Source: Gracilinanus agilis (taxonomy: Eukaryota). Taken from it: DNA of 64,000 bases. The position numbers were made by a program, and so were the translations under genes. The stretch covers positions 655,294,875 through 655,358,874 of the forward strand of contig NC_058132.1 of NCBI RefSeq assembly GCF_016433145.1. The letters are read 5' to 3'. Positions 36,783 through 48,871 of this stretch are shown one piece after another (positions within the stretch are counted from its first letter, which is position 1; the number at the start of each line of letters is the position of its first letter). The notes under the pieces are model-generated. The model saw only the letters and a list, made by a program, of their open reading frames with translations, had not been told where the DNA came from and ran no database searches.

Positions 36783-37869
36783 ATCACTTGCCTGCCTATG
36801 GCCACAGAGCTCATCAACATCAACTTGGATTCAAACTCAGGTCTTTATGATTCTAAAGTCCATTCTCCATCCTCTGTGCTGTGCCACCTTTTGTAATTTT
36901 CACTGTTCCTGGTGGGGCAGCATATGTCAATCAAACAATATTTATTTATTAAGTACCTACTACATGCCAGGAACTGTTCTAAGTGCTGGGCATAGGTGCT
37001 GAAAATTAGTCCAGAAAACTAGTGCATGTGTGTCCTTTGTTCATACATGTTATATTAGGCTCTGCTTTGCCTGGCTTAATATGGTTATATTAATGCAATG
37101 TTAATTAATTAACACAGAATCTTAAAGTTGGAAGGAACTTTAGGCAAGATAATTCAACCCATACCTCATCAAAGGCATTTTTAATAGCTGGTATTTATAT
37201 AACACTTCAAGGTTTGCAAAGCATTATTATCTCATTTGGTCCTTCATCCTTGGGAGCTAGATGCCATTATTACTCCAATTTTACAACTAAGGAAATGCAG
37301 ACAGATAGAAATTAAATGACTTGCTCAGGGTCACACAGCTAATAAGTGGCTCAAGGTTATTTTGAACTTGACTCTGCCTAATTCCCTGTCCAGCACCCCT
37401 TTCATTCTGGTGCCACCTAGCTGCCTACTTAATATTCCTGTCAAATAATCATCCAGCTTCCTCTTGAAGGATACCAGTAATAGAGAACCTATGACCTCCT
37501 GAGTTAGTTCATTCTCCTTCCTTAAAAAGGAGTTCTTATGGCAAAAGGGGGTGAAGAGGGCAGTGGTTTGGTCTATTCTGACATACCTCTAGTTTTAAAC
37601 CCCTACATTCATCTTGGGTCCATTATGACTTTGAGAACTTTTCAATTCTCAAATCTCCTCTTTTCCCATATAAACAGCTCATCCCTCAAGAAACTCAAAA
37701 ATGCCCCACAAATATGTCAGACTTTGAAAACCAAGAATCTTATAAATACTACTAATGCAGTTTACAATTTAGAAGTGAGAGGAAATGAAGTGTGAGAAAG
37801 CCTTGGAAAAATATCTATCTGTTTTCTGTCTCTATTTATCTTTCTATCCATCTGTCCATCCATCATCTA

Positions 37870-38096
37870 NNNNNNNNNNNNNNNNNNNNNNNNNNNNNNN
37901 NNNNNNNNNNNNNNNNNNNNNNNNNNNNNNNNNNNNNNNNNNNNNNNNNNNNNNNNNNNNNNNNNNNNNNNNNNNNNNNNNNNNNNNNNNNNNNNNNNNN
38001 NNNNNNNNNNNNNNNNNNNNNNNNNNNNNNNNNNNNNNNNNNNNNNNNNNNNNNNNNNNNNNNNNNNNNNNNNNNNNNNNNNNNNNNNNNNNNNNN
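37870..38096. other. Assembly gap (227 N)
   Basis: N run after a CTAT/CCAT simple repeat. Confidence 1.
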
Positions 38097-38801
38097 ACCC
38101 CTCTTTTCCCCAGGCAGTTGGGATAACCTATAGTAATTTTTCAATGTGAGACTGAAAAAAGCCCTACAACATTCCTTGTGTCTTATGACAGCTACCGAAA
38201 TGCCAGTGAGTTTTGCTGCATTATGGCACTGAGGACAGAGGGAGTTAGCATTCAGCATCTGGCTTTGCCAGGGTGGTTCTGGTGATGTCATTTCTACCTA
38301 AGGATGGTTGGGAAGTCTGGCTTTGGTAGATGGGAAGGAGGAGGGAGGAAAGAGGGCAATGTGACCAAAGGGTAAGATGTCCCAACTGGGACTTCCCAAG
38401 GTTAAGAAGAACAGAGCAAAGTTTCCTATTTTGTATTATTGGTTTGGACTTCACCATCATGGTGCCTGAGGCAGCAGTGCAAAGTAAACTCCCAATATCA
38501 ATGCAATGTGATGGCTGTTTTGCAGAGCATAGGGCTCTAAGGCTTTAAGAAGAGTGAGGCTTCCAGCAACCAAGCACCTCTTATGTGCCAGCACCACATT
38601 AGGACCCTGAGAAATGTAAGAGATATAGATAACTGAGTGGTACAGTGGTTGAAGTGCTGGCCGTGGAGGCAGAAAAACCTGAACTTGATCCCTACCTTTG
38701 GCAGTTCCTTAGCTGTGTGACTAGAGGCAATTCACTTCAGTTCTCTTGGTCTTGGTTTCCTCGATCTATAAAACTGGCATCATAATAGTGCCTCCCTTCC
38801 A

Positions 38802-39024
38802 GGGCAGCTAGGTGGTACAGTGGACTGGGTTCTGGGCTTGGAGTCAGGAAGACTCATTTTCCTCAGATCAAATTCAGTCTCCAACACTTATTAGTTGACA
38901 AGTCACTTCACTCTGTTTGCCTTAGTTTCCTCATCTGTAAAATGAGATAGAGAAGGAAATGGTCAAATATTCTAGTATCTTTGCCAAGAAAACTTCCAAA
39001 TGGAGTCAGACATGACTGAACAGC
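38802..39024 (+). mobile_element. MAR1-like CORE-SINE nested in an older MIR
   Basis: GGGCAGCTAGGTGGTACAGTGG...GAGAAGGAAATGGTCAAATATTCTAGTATCTTTGCCAAGAAAAC. The MIR runs 38625-38801 and resumes at about 39025. Confidence 0.85.
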
Positions 39025-39999
39025 ATCACCTCTCAGAATGGCTATAAGAGTCAAATAAGATAAAAAGAATGAAATGTTTTACAACCCTTAAAAGCATTGT
39101 GCAAATCCTGGCTCTTGCTGCTGGCTGCTGCCCTACAGTCCTTGCCCTCAAAGACTTTTCAACATAGTTGACCCTTTGCTACCCAAGCCTTACTTCACTC
39201 TTACTTTTCCTCCCAATCTCCTACCCAGGCACATCTTCTTTCAACTCCTTTGGGCCAGGCTTCTCTCTGTTCAGGGTCTTTTTAGCAAATTTGTATATTT
39301 AGCAAATTAGTAAAATTAGTAAATTAGTTAAAAAAAACCCTTTTTTGCATATGGAAATTGTAGCTGGAAACCATTAATGCACCCCTTCCCCAGACCTCCC
39401 TAATGCAAAGTCTAAAAATTCCTTAACAAAACTTTTAATAATAATAATAATAACTAGCATTTATATAGTGCTTTAAGATGGGTAAAGTACTTTACAAATG
39501 TTCTCATTTTATCCTCATGACATCCCCTGAGAGGCAGTGCTATTCTAATGTCCAATTTAGAGATAATGAAACCAAATAAGCAGACAAGTTGAAAGCTACT
39601 ATGTGTCTGAGACTGGATTTGAATTCAGGTCTTCCTGAATCCAAAGCCAACACTACAACGCAAACACTGTTCCATCTGGCTGCCTCTAAGTCTTTCTCTT
39701 CTTCAGGGTAAAAAAACATTAGCACATGTTCCATTCATTCATTCATTCATTCATTTGTTTATTTATTTTGAAAAACAATTTTCCACATATGTTTTCTGAA
39801 GTTACACGATTCATATTGTCTCCTTCCTTTCTTCCCTCCCTCCTCTGGGAGTTGAAAAGCACTTTAAAAAAAGAAGAAAAAGAAAAGGAGAAGCATTCTA
39901 GAAATGCGGGAGCATTTATACAAATGTGAATACTTTGCCCAACTCAGAGTCTGAAAGATCATTTTTGTTGACTTTGTAGCCTGGGGGAGGGCAGGAGTT

Positions 40000-40262
40000 G
40001 GAGACACAGAGATGAAAGAAAGAGAAATAAAGGGAGGAGAGACAGAGAGACAGAGAAAGAGAGGGAGGAAGAGGGAAGAAGGGAAGGGATGGAAAAAGAA
40101 AAAAGGGGGAAGAGAGGGAGAAATAGAAAGAGAAGAGGGAGGGAGAAAGAGAAAGACAAGGAGACAGAGACAAAGAGAGAAGGAATGAAGAAGGGAGGGA
40201 GGAAAAGAGAGGGGGAGGGAAGGGGAGGGAGAAAGGGAGAAAGAAAGAGATGGAAGTGGGGA
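40000..40262. repeat. GA-rich low-complexity polypurine tract with a G4-capable run (40211-40229)
   Basis: Almost exclusively A/G. Contains GGGGGAGGGAAGGGGAGGG. Confidence 0.95.
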
Positions 40263-42199
40263 TTGTGAGGGGCAATGATGGAGAGGCCAGTCTTGTGATT
40301 TCATTGAGTTCAAAGTGAGGAAATTCTCTTTCCCAAGGCCAAGTGAAACCCTTTCAGTTGATAGTCTTCAAAAGTTGCATTGATGGTTAAATGGTTTCTC
40401 TAGGACTATGCAGTAAGAAGGTGTCAGAAATAGGGTTCTGAGGAAGGTCTTCCTGGCCCTAAGATCAGCTCTCTGCTCTTCTACCACATCCTCTTTGGGG
40501 ATTATATGTAAATATATCTCTAAACAGTGCTGTGCCATGGAAGTTAGTGTTACTAGATGGAGATTAAAGCTCTGATTCTAGGCACCAATTTCCTAATTAG
40601 TTTAAAAGGTGTAAGATGGTAAATTGACCTGTGGGTGTCACTTAGATCACTGTGATTGTGCACATTATTTAAGGAGTAGAAAGAGTTATTAAACATGGAG
40701 CAGCTTAGTGGTGAGGTGGATGGAGTGTTGGGCTTGGAGTCAGGAAGACCAGAGTTCAGGTGTGACTTCCAACAATCCTAGCTGTATCGCCCTGGGCAAG
40801 TCACTTAACCTCTGTCTTTCTCAGTTTCCTCTTCTGTAAAAAGGAGGTCAGAAGAGCATCTAGCGCCCAAGTGGCTGTGAGGATAGACTGAGATCCTCTT
40901 GGTAAAGCACTTATGCAGGACCTGTACTATCCCTCTCTCTACCCTTCCTGACTCCCCTTTTACCTCTCCACCACCATAGCTGTGGAATCAAAGGGCCTGA
41001 AACCTGTTTGGTGTCCTTCGTCCAATTCTTTTTCCTCACTGACAGTTTCAGAGCCTTTTTCATACATCATGTTGTCTCAGACATCCATATCTAGGGAATG
41101 TGGGAGATCAAAGGAGACTGAATGTAAGTAAAGGTATTTGAAGGTCTAGAAGCAACAGGCAAGTGTCAATGGACAAGAAGAACAAAAAAGGTGACTCTGC
41201 CATGGACAGGGGTCCTAGCCATTCCTCCAGGGTCCTGAGGAAGGAGGAGGCCCTCCCAGTGTTCAGAGAAGACTTCAGGGCATGAGGGACAGGAAAGATG
41301 GGGAATGTTTTCCTTAGAGCCTAGAAATAAAACTGACACCACGGGCCAGAAAGTACAAGTTGTCACCAAAGAGAAAGAATCATAGAAAGAATATGTAAGC
41401 GCTCCCAGGAGAAGAAGTCCGCTTGCCTTTGTGCAGGGCTCCTGGCTCATCGGAGCCTACCCGTCAATCAGCCGGTAATTAGGTACAACTTCTCCCTCCT
41501 TGCCACCTCTAAGGGAGAGGATATGTAGCAAAAAATAGCCTTATGATACATGCCCAGAAAAGAGGAAAGTCATTCGCCTATCGTGTATCTTAACTAGCCT
41601 GAAATAATCTGGTCTAGAGTGGAAAATCCATTCTCTTCCATCAGTTCCATCCAAGAGAGCCCGCCATTTATTTGTCTCTTTGGGCTGAGTGTTTCTCTCC
41701 AGTAACCTGACCCTGCCACATGCCCAGAGTTCTGACATCCACAATTGCCTTGCTGTGATGGTCCATTCAGGAAAGGGGAAATCAGTGAAAATGTCATTGG
41801 ACCGAAGTGCTTCTCTAGCCATCAGCCAAGTGCATAAACAGATGTGGACTCAGTCATCCTCTGTCGCAGATAAAATTTATATAGTCCTTGACAACAAGAA
41901 GGCACCCAAAGTAGTAAAAGCCAAACCCCTGGATGTTTGCTCCATGGTAAATGAGCTAGAAAATGGCTTCAAACTTGTTTTTATGACAACTAAACCCTGA
42001 GGAAACCTGATTACTTCTTAGACAGGCAGAGAAGCAGAATGTGGATGGTAGCCAAAGAGCAAGCTGTCCTCAAGTCTCATTTATTACCTCAAAATCAATT
42101 AGCTCTTTCCTAGTACTTAGCAGAGTATTTAGCACATAGTAGGTGCTCTAAAATGTTTATGGACTCACTTATTGACTGAGAAATAAAACTGTCACAGCA

Positions 42200-42392
42200 G
42201 GGACAGCTAGGTAGCACAGTGGATAGAAAGCCATGCCTAGAAATAGAAGGTCCTGGGTTCAAATCTGGATCCAGACACTTCCTAGCTGTGTGGCTCTGGC
42301 CAAATCACTTGGCCCCAGTTGCCTAGCCCTTACTACTCTTTTGCCTTAGAACTGATAATTAATATTGATTCTGAGATGGAAGGTGAGGATTT
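42200..42392 (+). mobile_element. SINE1_Mdo-like SINE
   Basis: GGGACAGCTAGGTAGCACAGTGGATAG...TTGCCTAGCCCTTACTACTCTTTTGCCTTAGAAC...GATTCTGAGATGGAAGGTGAGG. Confidence 0.9.
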
Positions 42393-43664
42393 TGTATTCT
42401 AATGCATTATTATACATACTGTTTGATAATATAGAATATGCAGCACTGTATTATTTCAGAGCATGAGCTATGCATTCCTTTGCATTCTAATTATTCTTGT
42501 GTCATGTTCCCACATTAAGCCATAAATTCCAAGAGGGTATAGATCACATCTTTATGTAAAGTTCATCTCTACCTGCTAACATACTGAGACCAGAGTGCTC
42601 TGTACACGAGGAGTGATTTATAAATATAGGTATGATTAAAATAAGTTGAATTTATAAGATAACAGGTTTCAGACCTGGAAGGGATCTCAGGGCTCATCTA
42701 GTCTAATCCTCCTGTTTCACAAATGAGTAAATAGAAGCCCAGGTAAGTTAAAGGATCATAGATTTTGAGGTGGAAAGAACTTCAGAGGTTATATAGAGAA
42801 ACTCCTGCCCCCCCCCCAGTTACATATAGAGAGAAGGAAACTCCAAGGCCATCTCATCTAATCTTTTCATTTTATAAATGAGGAAACTGAGTCCAAGAGA
42901 GGCTCAAGTGAGTTGTCCAAGGTCATATTGCTATTAAATGACAGAGCAGTGATTTGGACTCATGTCCTTTGTTGCCTAATCTAGTACTTCCCCCCTACAT
43001 ACTACTCTGAAAACAATGAAGTCAAGACACTAAAATGGGGGCAAACTTAAAAGAGAAAAACTCAGGTACTTTAACAAGCTTGCACAGCACTATGTCTCTT
43101 ACACCATGTACAAGTTTCTCAAGGTGGCTGAGCTGCTTAAATTGTCTCCTTCTGTTACTTCTTCCCAAAAGAGAAAGTGCAAATCCACAAAGCCATTTTA
43201 TCTACTAGTGAGACGCATGGTCTGGGGCAGGAAGGATAGAGCTCAAGGGACAAAGTGGAAATTTCCAAAGAGTAAACTAAACGTGTGTGAACTCTGAGCT
43301 GATATGATCTCCATTGTTGCAGCCAACTTTGAAACAGGGACGATAGATAACTCTCTATTTTTAAGGGAGTGAGGAGGCGGAGAAGAAGAATCTGGAAGGG
43401 ATTCAAATCAGGAGAGCAGGTAAAGAAAACTTGCTGTTCTGCCCAGTTACCCTTCATTTGGCCAGAGAAGAACACCACAAGGTCACATCTCCAGCTGCTC
43501 TCTCTGTCTCTGTCTCATTTTCTCTCTCATCCTCTCTGTCTTTGTCTCTCTCTTTCACACACACTCCACACAGCAAGAAGAACATTGGCATGGGAATGGC
43601 AGTTCCAGGTAACAAAGCTGAGAGGGGTCTATGCTATCATAGATTCTTGGATCCTAAACATGGA

Positions 43665-43876
43665 NNNNNNNNNNNNNNNNNNNNNNNNNNNNNNNNNNNN
43701 NNNNNNNNNNNNNNNNNNNNNNNNNNNNNNNNNNNNNNNNNNNNNNNNNNNNNNNNNNNNNNNNNNNNNNNNNNNNNNNNNNNNNNNNNNNNNNNNNNNN
43801 NNNNNNNNNNNNNNNNNNNNNNNNNNNNNNNNNNNNNNNNNNNNNNNNNNNNNNNNNNNNNNNNNNNNNNNNNNNN
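43665..43876. other. Assembly gap (212 N)
   Basis: N run. Confidence 1.
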
Positions 43877-44590
43877 TCTGGGACTTCCTTTTTGCCTTCA
43901 GTAGGCATCTAGAGCTCAGGAAAACAGATGTATGTCTTAGGGGTGGGAGGGAAACTTGTCCCCATGCCCAGTTTCTTCCCAGGAGCACTTAGTGTCATTG
44001 TGTGACAGAAGCATATAGAAAGGTGTGTGGGCTTGCTCAGGAGGGCTGAGAGGGTAGTTAGTTCCTGGACCTTACGTCCATGGCCACTTTCCACTTTCTC
44101 CTTTTCTTTCTCTTTTTCTATACTCAGGAGGGCACACAGACCTGGCAGTGGATTTCCCCAAGGCAAGCAATGCAGCAGCGAGGGCAGGATTGGGATCCAG
44201 CAGAGGTGGCCATGTACTTGCACATAGCCTCAGAGAGTAGTTCATGGAGGATGGTGATGAAACCTTATGAAGAGGAAGAGAGAACTCTGAAATCCTTAGA
44301 CAGTGTGATCCCAGAATCTAGCCTTGTAGTCAGAGAAGAGACATTTCCTGGGGAGCATTTCATGAATAATCCCAAATTCAAGGAACTTTCAATATAAAGA
44401 AGCATCATTGTGCAGGATGCTCTTTGGGAAAAAAATGATCGTTTTCCTAACTTTTGCACAACCTCCTAATTAAAGATCAAAGCCAGTGAGTTAATCAGGT
44501 AGTAAAGGTTTTGGGGATTTATTGCATTTGCTGTGCAGCCCCAAACTCCAGAGTGGTACAAATGATGTTTGGAAGACCACATGTGCCACA

Positions 44591-44774
44591 CAACTGGGTG
44601 GCACAGCAGATAGAGCACCAAGACTGCAGTCAGGAAGCCTTCGGTTCAAATCTGGTCTCAGACACTTCCTAGCTGTGTGACCCTGGGCAAGTCACTTAAT
44701 CCTATTCCCCATTTGCCTACTCCTTGCCCTTCTGTCCTAGAGTTGTTATTAAGACAAGAAGTAAGGGTAAAAAA
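44591..44774 (+). mobile_element. SINE1_Mdo-like SINE
   Basis: GGGTGGCACAGCAGATAGAGCAC...TTCAAATCTGGTCTCAGACACTTCCTAGCTGTGTGACCCTGGGCAAGTCACTTAA...TAAGACAAGAAGTAAGGGT. Confidence 0.85.
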
Positions 44775-44899
44775 GGACTCTGTGGGGAAATAAAGAAGTC
44801 AGTTGAATGTCAAAAGATTGCTGGAATAGCAACCACTGGTGCTGTTCCTTTCTGGGGTGAACCAAGAGGCCATTTAAGCTACATTTTATAAGCTTATTT

Positions 44900-45455
44900 G
44901 ACCACTCCTTCTGAGTTTCCTTTACTGGTTCCTCCTCTAGGTTGTTCCTCCTCTGATGGACCTGCTGTGGCCTCTCTTTTATGCTCTTTCTTTCTTCTAT
45001 TTCTTGGTGCTTTAACAGCTCGTAGTTTTAGTTACCATAACTACAAATGATTCCCAGCTGTATATAGCTAACCCTGGTCTCTACCCGAGTTTCAATCTTA
45101 CCCCACAAAAACATTTCAAACTGGGTATCCTAGTGACATCTCAAACTAACTGAACTCATTTGTCTCTTCTCCAAATCCTCCCTCTTCTAAACATTCCAAT
45201 TTCTTTTGAAGGTACCACCGTCTCCCCAGCTCCTCAAGCGTGTAACTTGTATGTTTCTCTCACCTCCTCCTTCCACATATTCAATCAATTGCTAGATTTG
45301 GGGATTTCTGCCTCTCCCACCTCTCTCCCATCCAAGCCCTTCTCTCTCACCACTCTGAGGAACCACCTTACTCTAAGTCACCCCTTTAGTTCAGGCCCTC
45401 ATCACGGCTCATTTAGATGATGATGACAGCTTCCTAATTGGTCTCCCTTGGCATC
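44900..45455 (+). mobile_element. LINE-2 3' part
   Basis: ATGATTCCCAGCTGTATAT...GACATCTCAAACTAAC...CAGGCCCTCATCAC...CTTCCTAATTGGTCTCCC. Confidence 0.75.
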
Positions 45456-46469
45456 ATTTTCAACAGAGTAGCCATAAGGCAAATATTTTATTTTTAAAAT
45501 GATTAAATAAAAATGTCATCCCCTCTGGCTCTGGCTTTAGGTTTCCCAAAAAGGCAAATCAGTGATAATAAAGGGGATTTATGGAGAGAGTTGGAGCAGC
45601 ACATCCATTGCCATTGAAAGAAGAAACAACTTAAGGTGCTCCCCACCTAATTATAAGTCAGGAGCATTTTCTTTGCAAACAAAGGATATCTTATTTAGTC
45701 TCTGCAGAAACAGTGTGCTGTGAGAGAATGGAGAACTAGGAGGAAGGGGCTCAAGTTTAATCCCTGCTGTTGGACAGCCATGTGACTGTAGATATATCAT
45801 TTTCCTCCTGTGACTCATTAAAATATAGGTATTACCTGGAGCACGTACCTCATCAGGTTGCTGTGAAGTTCAAATGAGACTGTGGGCTTAGCAGACTTTA
45901 AAACTCACTGTTATTGCCAATGACTGTTAGGACTTCTCATCTTCCCCATTGAGGATAGGTTAGTGATTTGAATAGTCACTTAGAAAAAGACTTTTAACTT
46001 ATCTCCATCACACAAGCCATCCCCATTACTGCCTGGCTTCCTTTTAACATTAGTCAACCTTGTTCATCCCAGCTTCCCTTTATGGGCTTTGATTAAGATG
46101 TGTCTTCCCTTGCTGTTCCCTCTGTGTGGAGGAGAAGTCTCTCTTTGCTCCTGTGAAATCTGTTTGATTGAACAATTCTCTCTACTCTATCAATGATTTC
46201 ACAATCATCCTTGCAGGACATTCAAGTCATCTCAAGTCTGATCTGTTAAGCACCTTCAAATGTTAGATCTCTGGGTTAGACTCTGGGGATCCAAATAGGA
46301 AAAAAGAACAAAACAGGACTTGTTCCCAAGGAACTTACATTCTATCATTGTCATTGATAAGGGGCTGTAGAGATTAAAATGATTTCAAGGGACTGATTTT
46401 TCTTAATCTTAAAATAATTGATTAATTGACCAACTAAAACATTCTAATTGTGGTCAAATGACTCTAGGT

Positions 46470-46661
46470 CAGTGATTCCCAAAGTGGGCGCCACCGCCCC
46501 CTGGTGGGTGCTGCAGCGATCCAGGAAGGCGGTGATGGCCACAGGTGCATTTATCTTTCCAATTAATTACTATTAAAATTTTTAAAAATTAATTTTCAGG
46601 GGGCTAAGTAATATTTTTTCTGGAAAGGGGGCAGGAGGCCAAAAAAGTTTGTGAACCACTG
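46470..46661 (+). mobile_element. 192-bp hAT MITE, same family as 56315-56914
   Basis: TIRs CAGTGATTCCCAAAGT / CAGTGGTTCACAAACT (rc). Perfect 8-bp TSD CTCTAGGT (46462-46469 and 46662-46669). The first 83 nt align ungapped to 56315-56397 with 11 mismatches. Confidence 0.93.
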
Positions 46662-47614
46662 CTCTAGGTCACTGTAAGATGAAGGGAAACTCTTGCCACA
46701 GGTGCCTACCTACATATTGGGGAGCTCATTATTCAGCCCCTCCCTTGAATGCCCCAAGACATCTTTAACTAGTCAGAACTAATTAAGATGTGGTCCATCA
46801 GACTCTCAGCCCTTCTCCAAACCAACAGGTGAAATTTTGTACATCCACAGGAAAAGTATCATTATAGAGCTTTTCCTGTTAACCACTCTGTGAAAAGACC
46901 ACATTCCTCAGGACAAAGAGAATGCAAAAATCTGTAGACTGAATGGAGCCAGGTCTGAGAGGTGGCTCAGGAATTCTCCCTAATATAGCCTCTATAATCC
47001 AGAACCCTGGTATAAAAAGAATACGGCAGATACAAAATAAATTCTCACAGGATGGAGGAAGCATCTTGACCATCCGGGAATTGCTGTTCCAGTGACAAGT
47101 TCAGAAATTCACTTTAAGAGATAGGCGAGAAATGTTTCCAAGGCTTGGGAAAGAGATAAGGTTGTTCCCATGATGCAGGGTGGGTGGCCCGTGAGGCCAT
47201 GTTGAAAAATGGACATGCAGTAAGGGCAAGGAATGAAGAATCCATGTGACGGAATGAGATAATAACTGTTAAGTACTTAGCACAGTGCCTAGTACATAGG
47301 AGATGCTTAATAAATGTGTGTTCTCTTCCCATCCCTTATATTCTCTCCCTTCTTCCAATTAGCTTGTATTTATTGATTAGGTAAATGTTATATTCCATGC
47401 CTTACCCAACTCAAAAAGAATGTAAGCTCCTTGAGAACAAAATTGCTTTCCTTTTTCTTTTTGCATCCCTAGCACCTAGCCTGGTGTCTTGCCCAGTGAA
47501 GGCACTTAATCCAAAGAGATATTAGACAAAATGGATTTGCTGAAAAGGCTCTTGGGCTTTATTACTCTTTTAGCATTCCTTGTTACCCAAAGTGATTAAA
47601 AGTTTCATCTGCAA

Positions 47615-47798
47615 GGGCAGTGGATAAAAAAGCCAGGACTAGAGATTAGAGGTCCTGGAGTCAAATGTGACCTCAGATATTTCCTAACTGTGTGACCCTG
47701 GGCAAGTCACTTAATGCCTATTGTCTAACCCATATCATTACTCTGCCTTGGAATCAATACACAAAATTGATTCTAAGATGGAAGATAAGATAAAAAAA
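47615..47798 (+). mobile_element. SINE1_Mdo-like SINE
   Basis: CORE plus tail CTCTGCCTTGGAATCAATACACAAAATTGATTCTAAGATGGAAG. Confidence 0.88.
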
Positions 47799-48751
47799 GA
47801 GTTTCATCTACAACCCTTTTTCAAAGAGGTCTACAGGTCCAAATATGTACAAAGGCAAAGCTTTGGTCTCAAAATTCAAAAAGCGATGAAATATATATGT
47901 ATTAAAGCCCAGTACTGCTACACTCATCAGTTTCTCTGCTATGTAATTATGACAAATGAAGCAATAGTGCTTAGGTAATAGCTAGCTGAGCAAAGTACCA
48001 GATTACAGGTACTGTTACGGGGTTGTTCGGAATGCTACATAAGTTACAGGTACAGAGTTAAATCATGAGCTGTGGAGCACTGATTTCCTCTCCTGGAAAT
48101 ATTCCATTTCCTTAGGAGGAGTATCGACTCCCCCTTTTTATTACTGCTGGATTAATAGTATTTATTTCAGGGATAGGCAAGGGATCCAGAAGACAGAGCA
48201 CAACAATCCGAGCCAAGAAATGAGAGGCCAACAATATCCATAAACTAGAAAAGATTCCAGGAAGTCACATTTTATCCTGTTAGCAGTGACTTTTGTGGCA
48301 AAACAACCTTGGCCTATTTAGGGTCTTCTTTTTTTCTCTTGCCTCAGTTGTCCTTGCGTGAAAGTCCTTAGAATAATGAAATAGACTCTTTGCTTGCAAG
48401 TATACAAGTTCATATTGTTGCAGATAAAGGCATAACTAAGATACAGCTACTGGTACCCTGCACTGGGCACCAAAATTTAGAGGGTGTTTACAAATTTTGC
48501 AGCAGTAGAAATAATTGAGCTTAAAATGTATCTATTTCCAAAGAATAACAAAATAAAATGAATAATATTAGTTAAAATAAAAGGGTAGGCAGCTTGGTAT
48601 ACTGGTGGATAGAGAGCTGGCCTGGGAGTCATTAAATCCTGAGGATCAAGGTAGATAATATATGTAGTGCTTTACTGACCTTAAAATGCCATATAAATGC
48701 TGCTACTACTACTACAATTATTATTACTATGACCATTAAAATCCTAGGTCT

Positions 48752-48871
48752 TCCAGTGGAAATTCATGTTGGCTATGGGGGTGAGTGAAGGAAGGGGTGA
48801 AGGGGAAAGTAAAAACATGAATCATGTAACCATGGGAAATTTTTCTAAAAAATAGAAAAATATATTTTTAA
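48752..48871 (+). mobile_element. 120-bp 5'-truncated LINE-1 3' end with 14-bp TSD
   Basis: Homologous to 36660-36780. TSD AAAATCCTAGGTCT (48738-48751) / AAAATCCTACGTCT (48872-48885). Confidence 0.85.
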
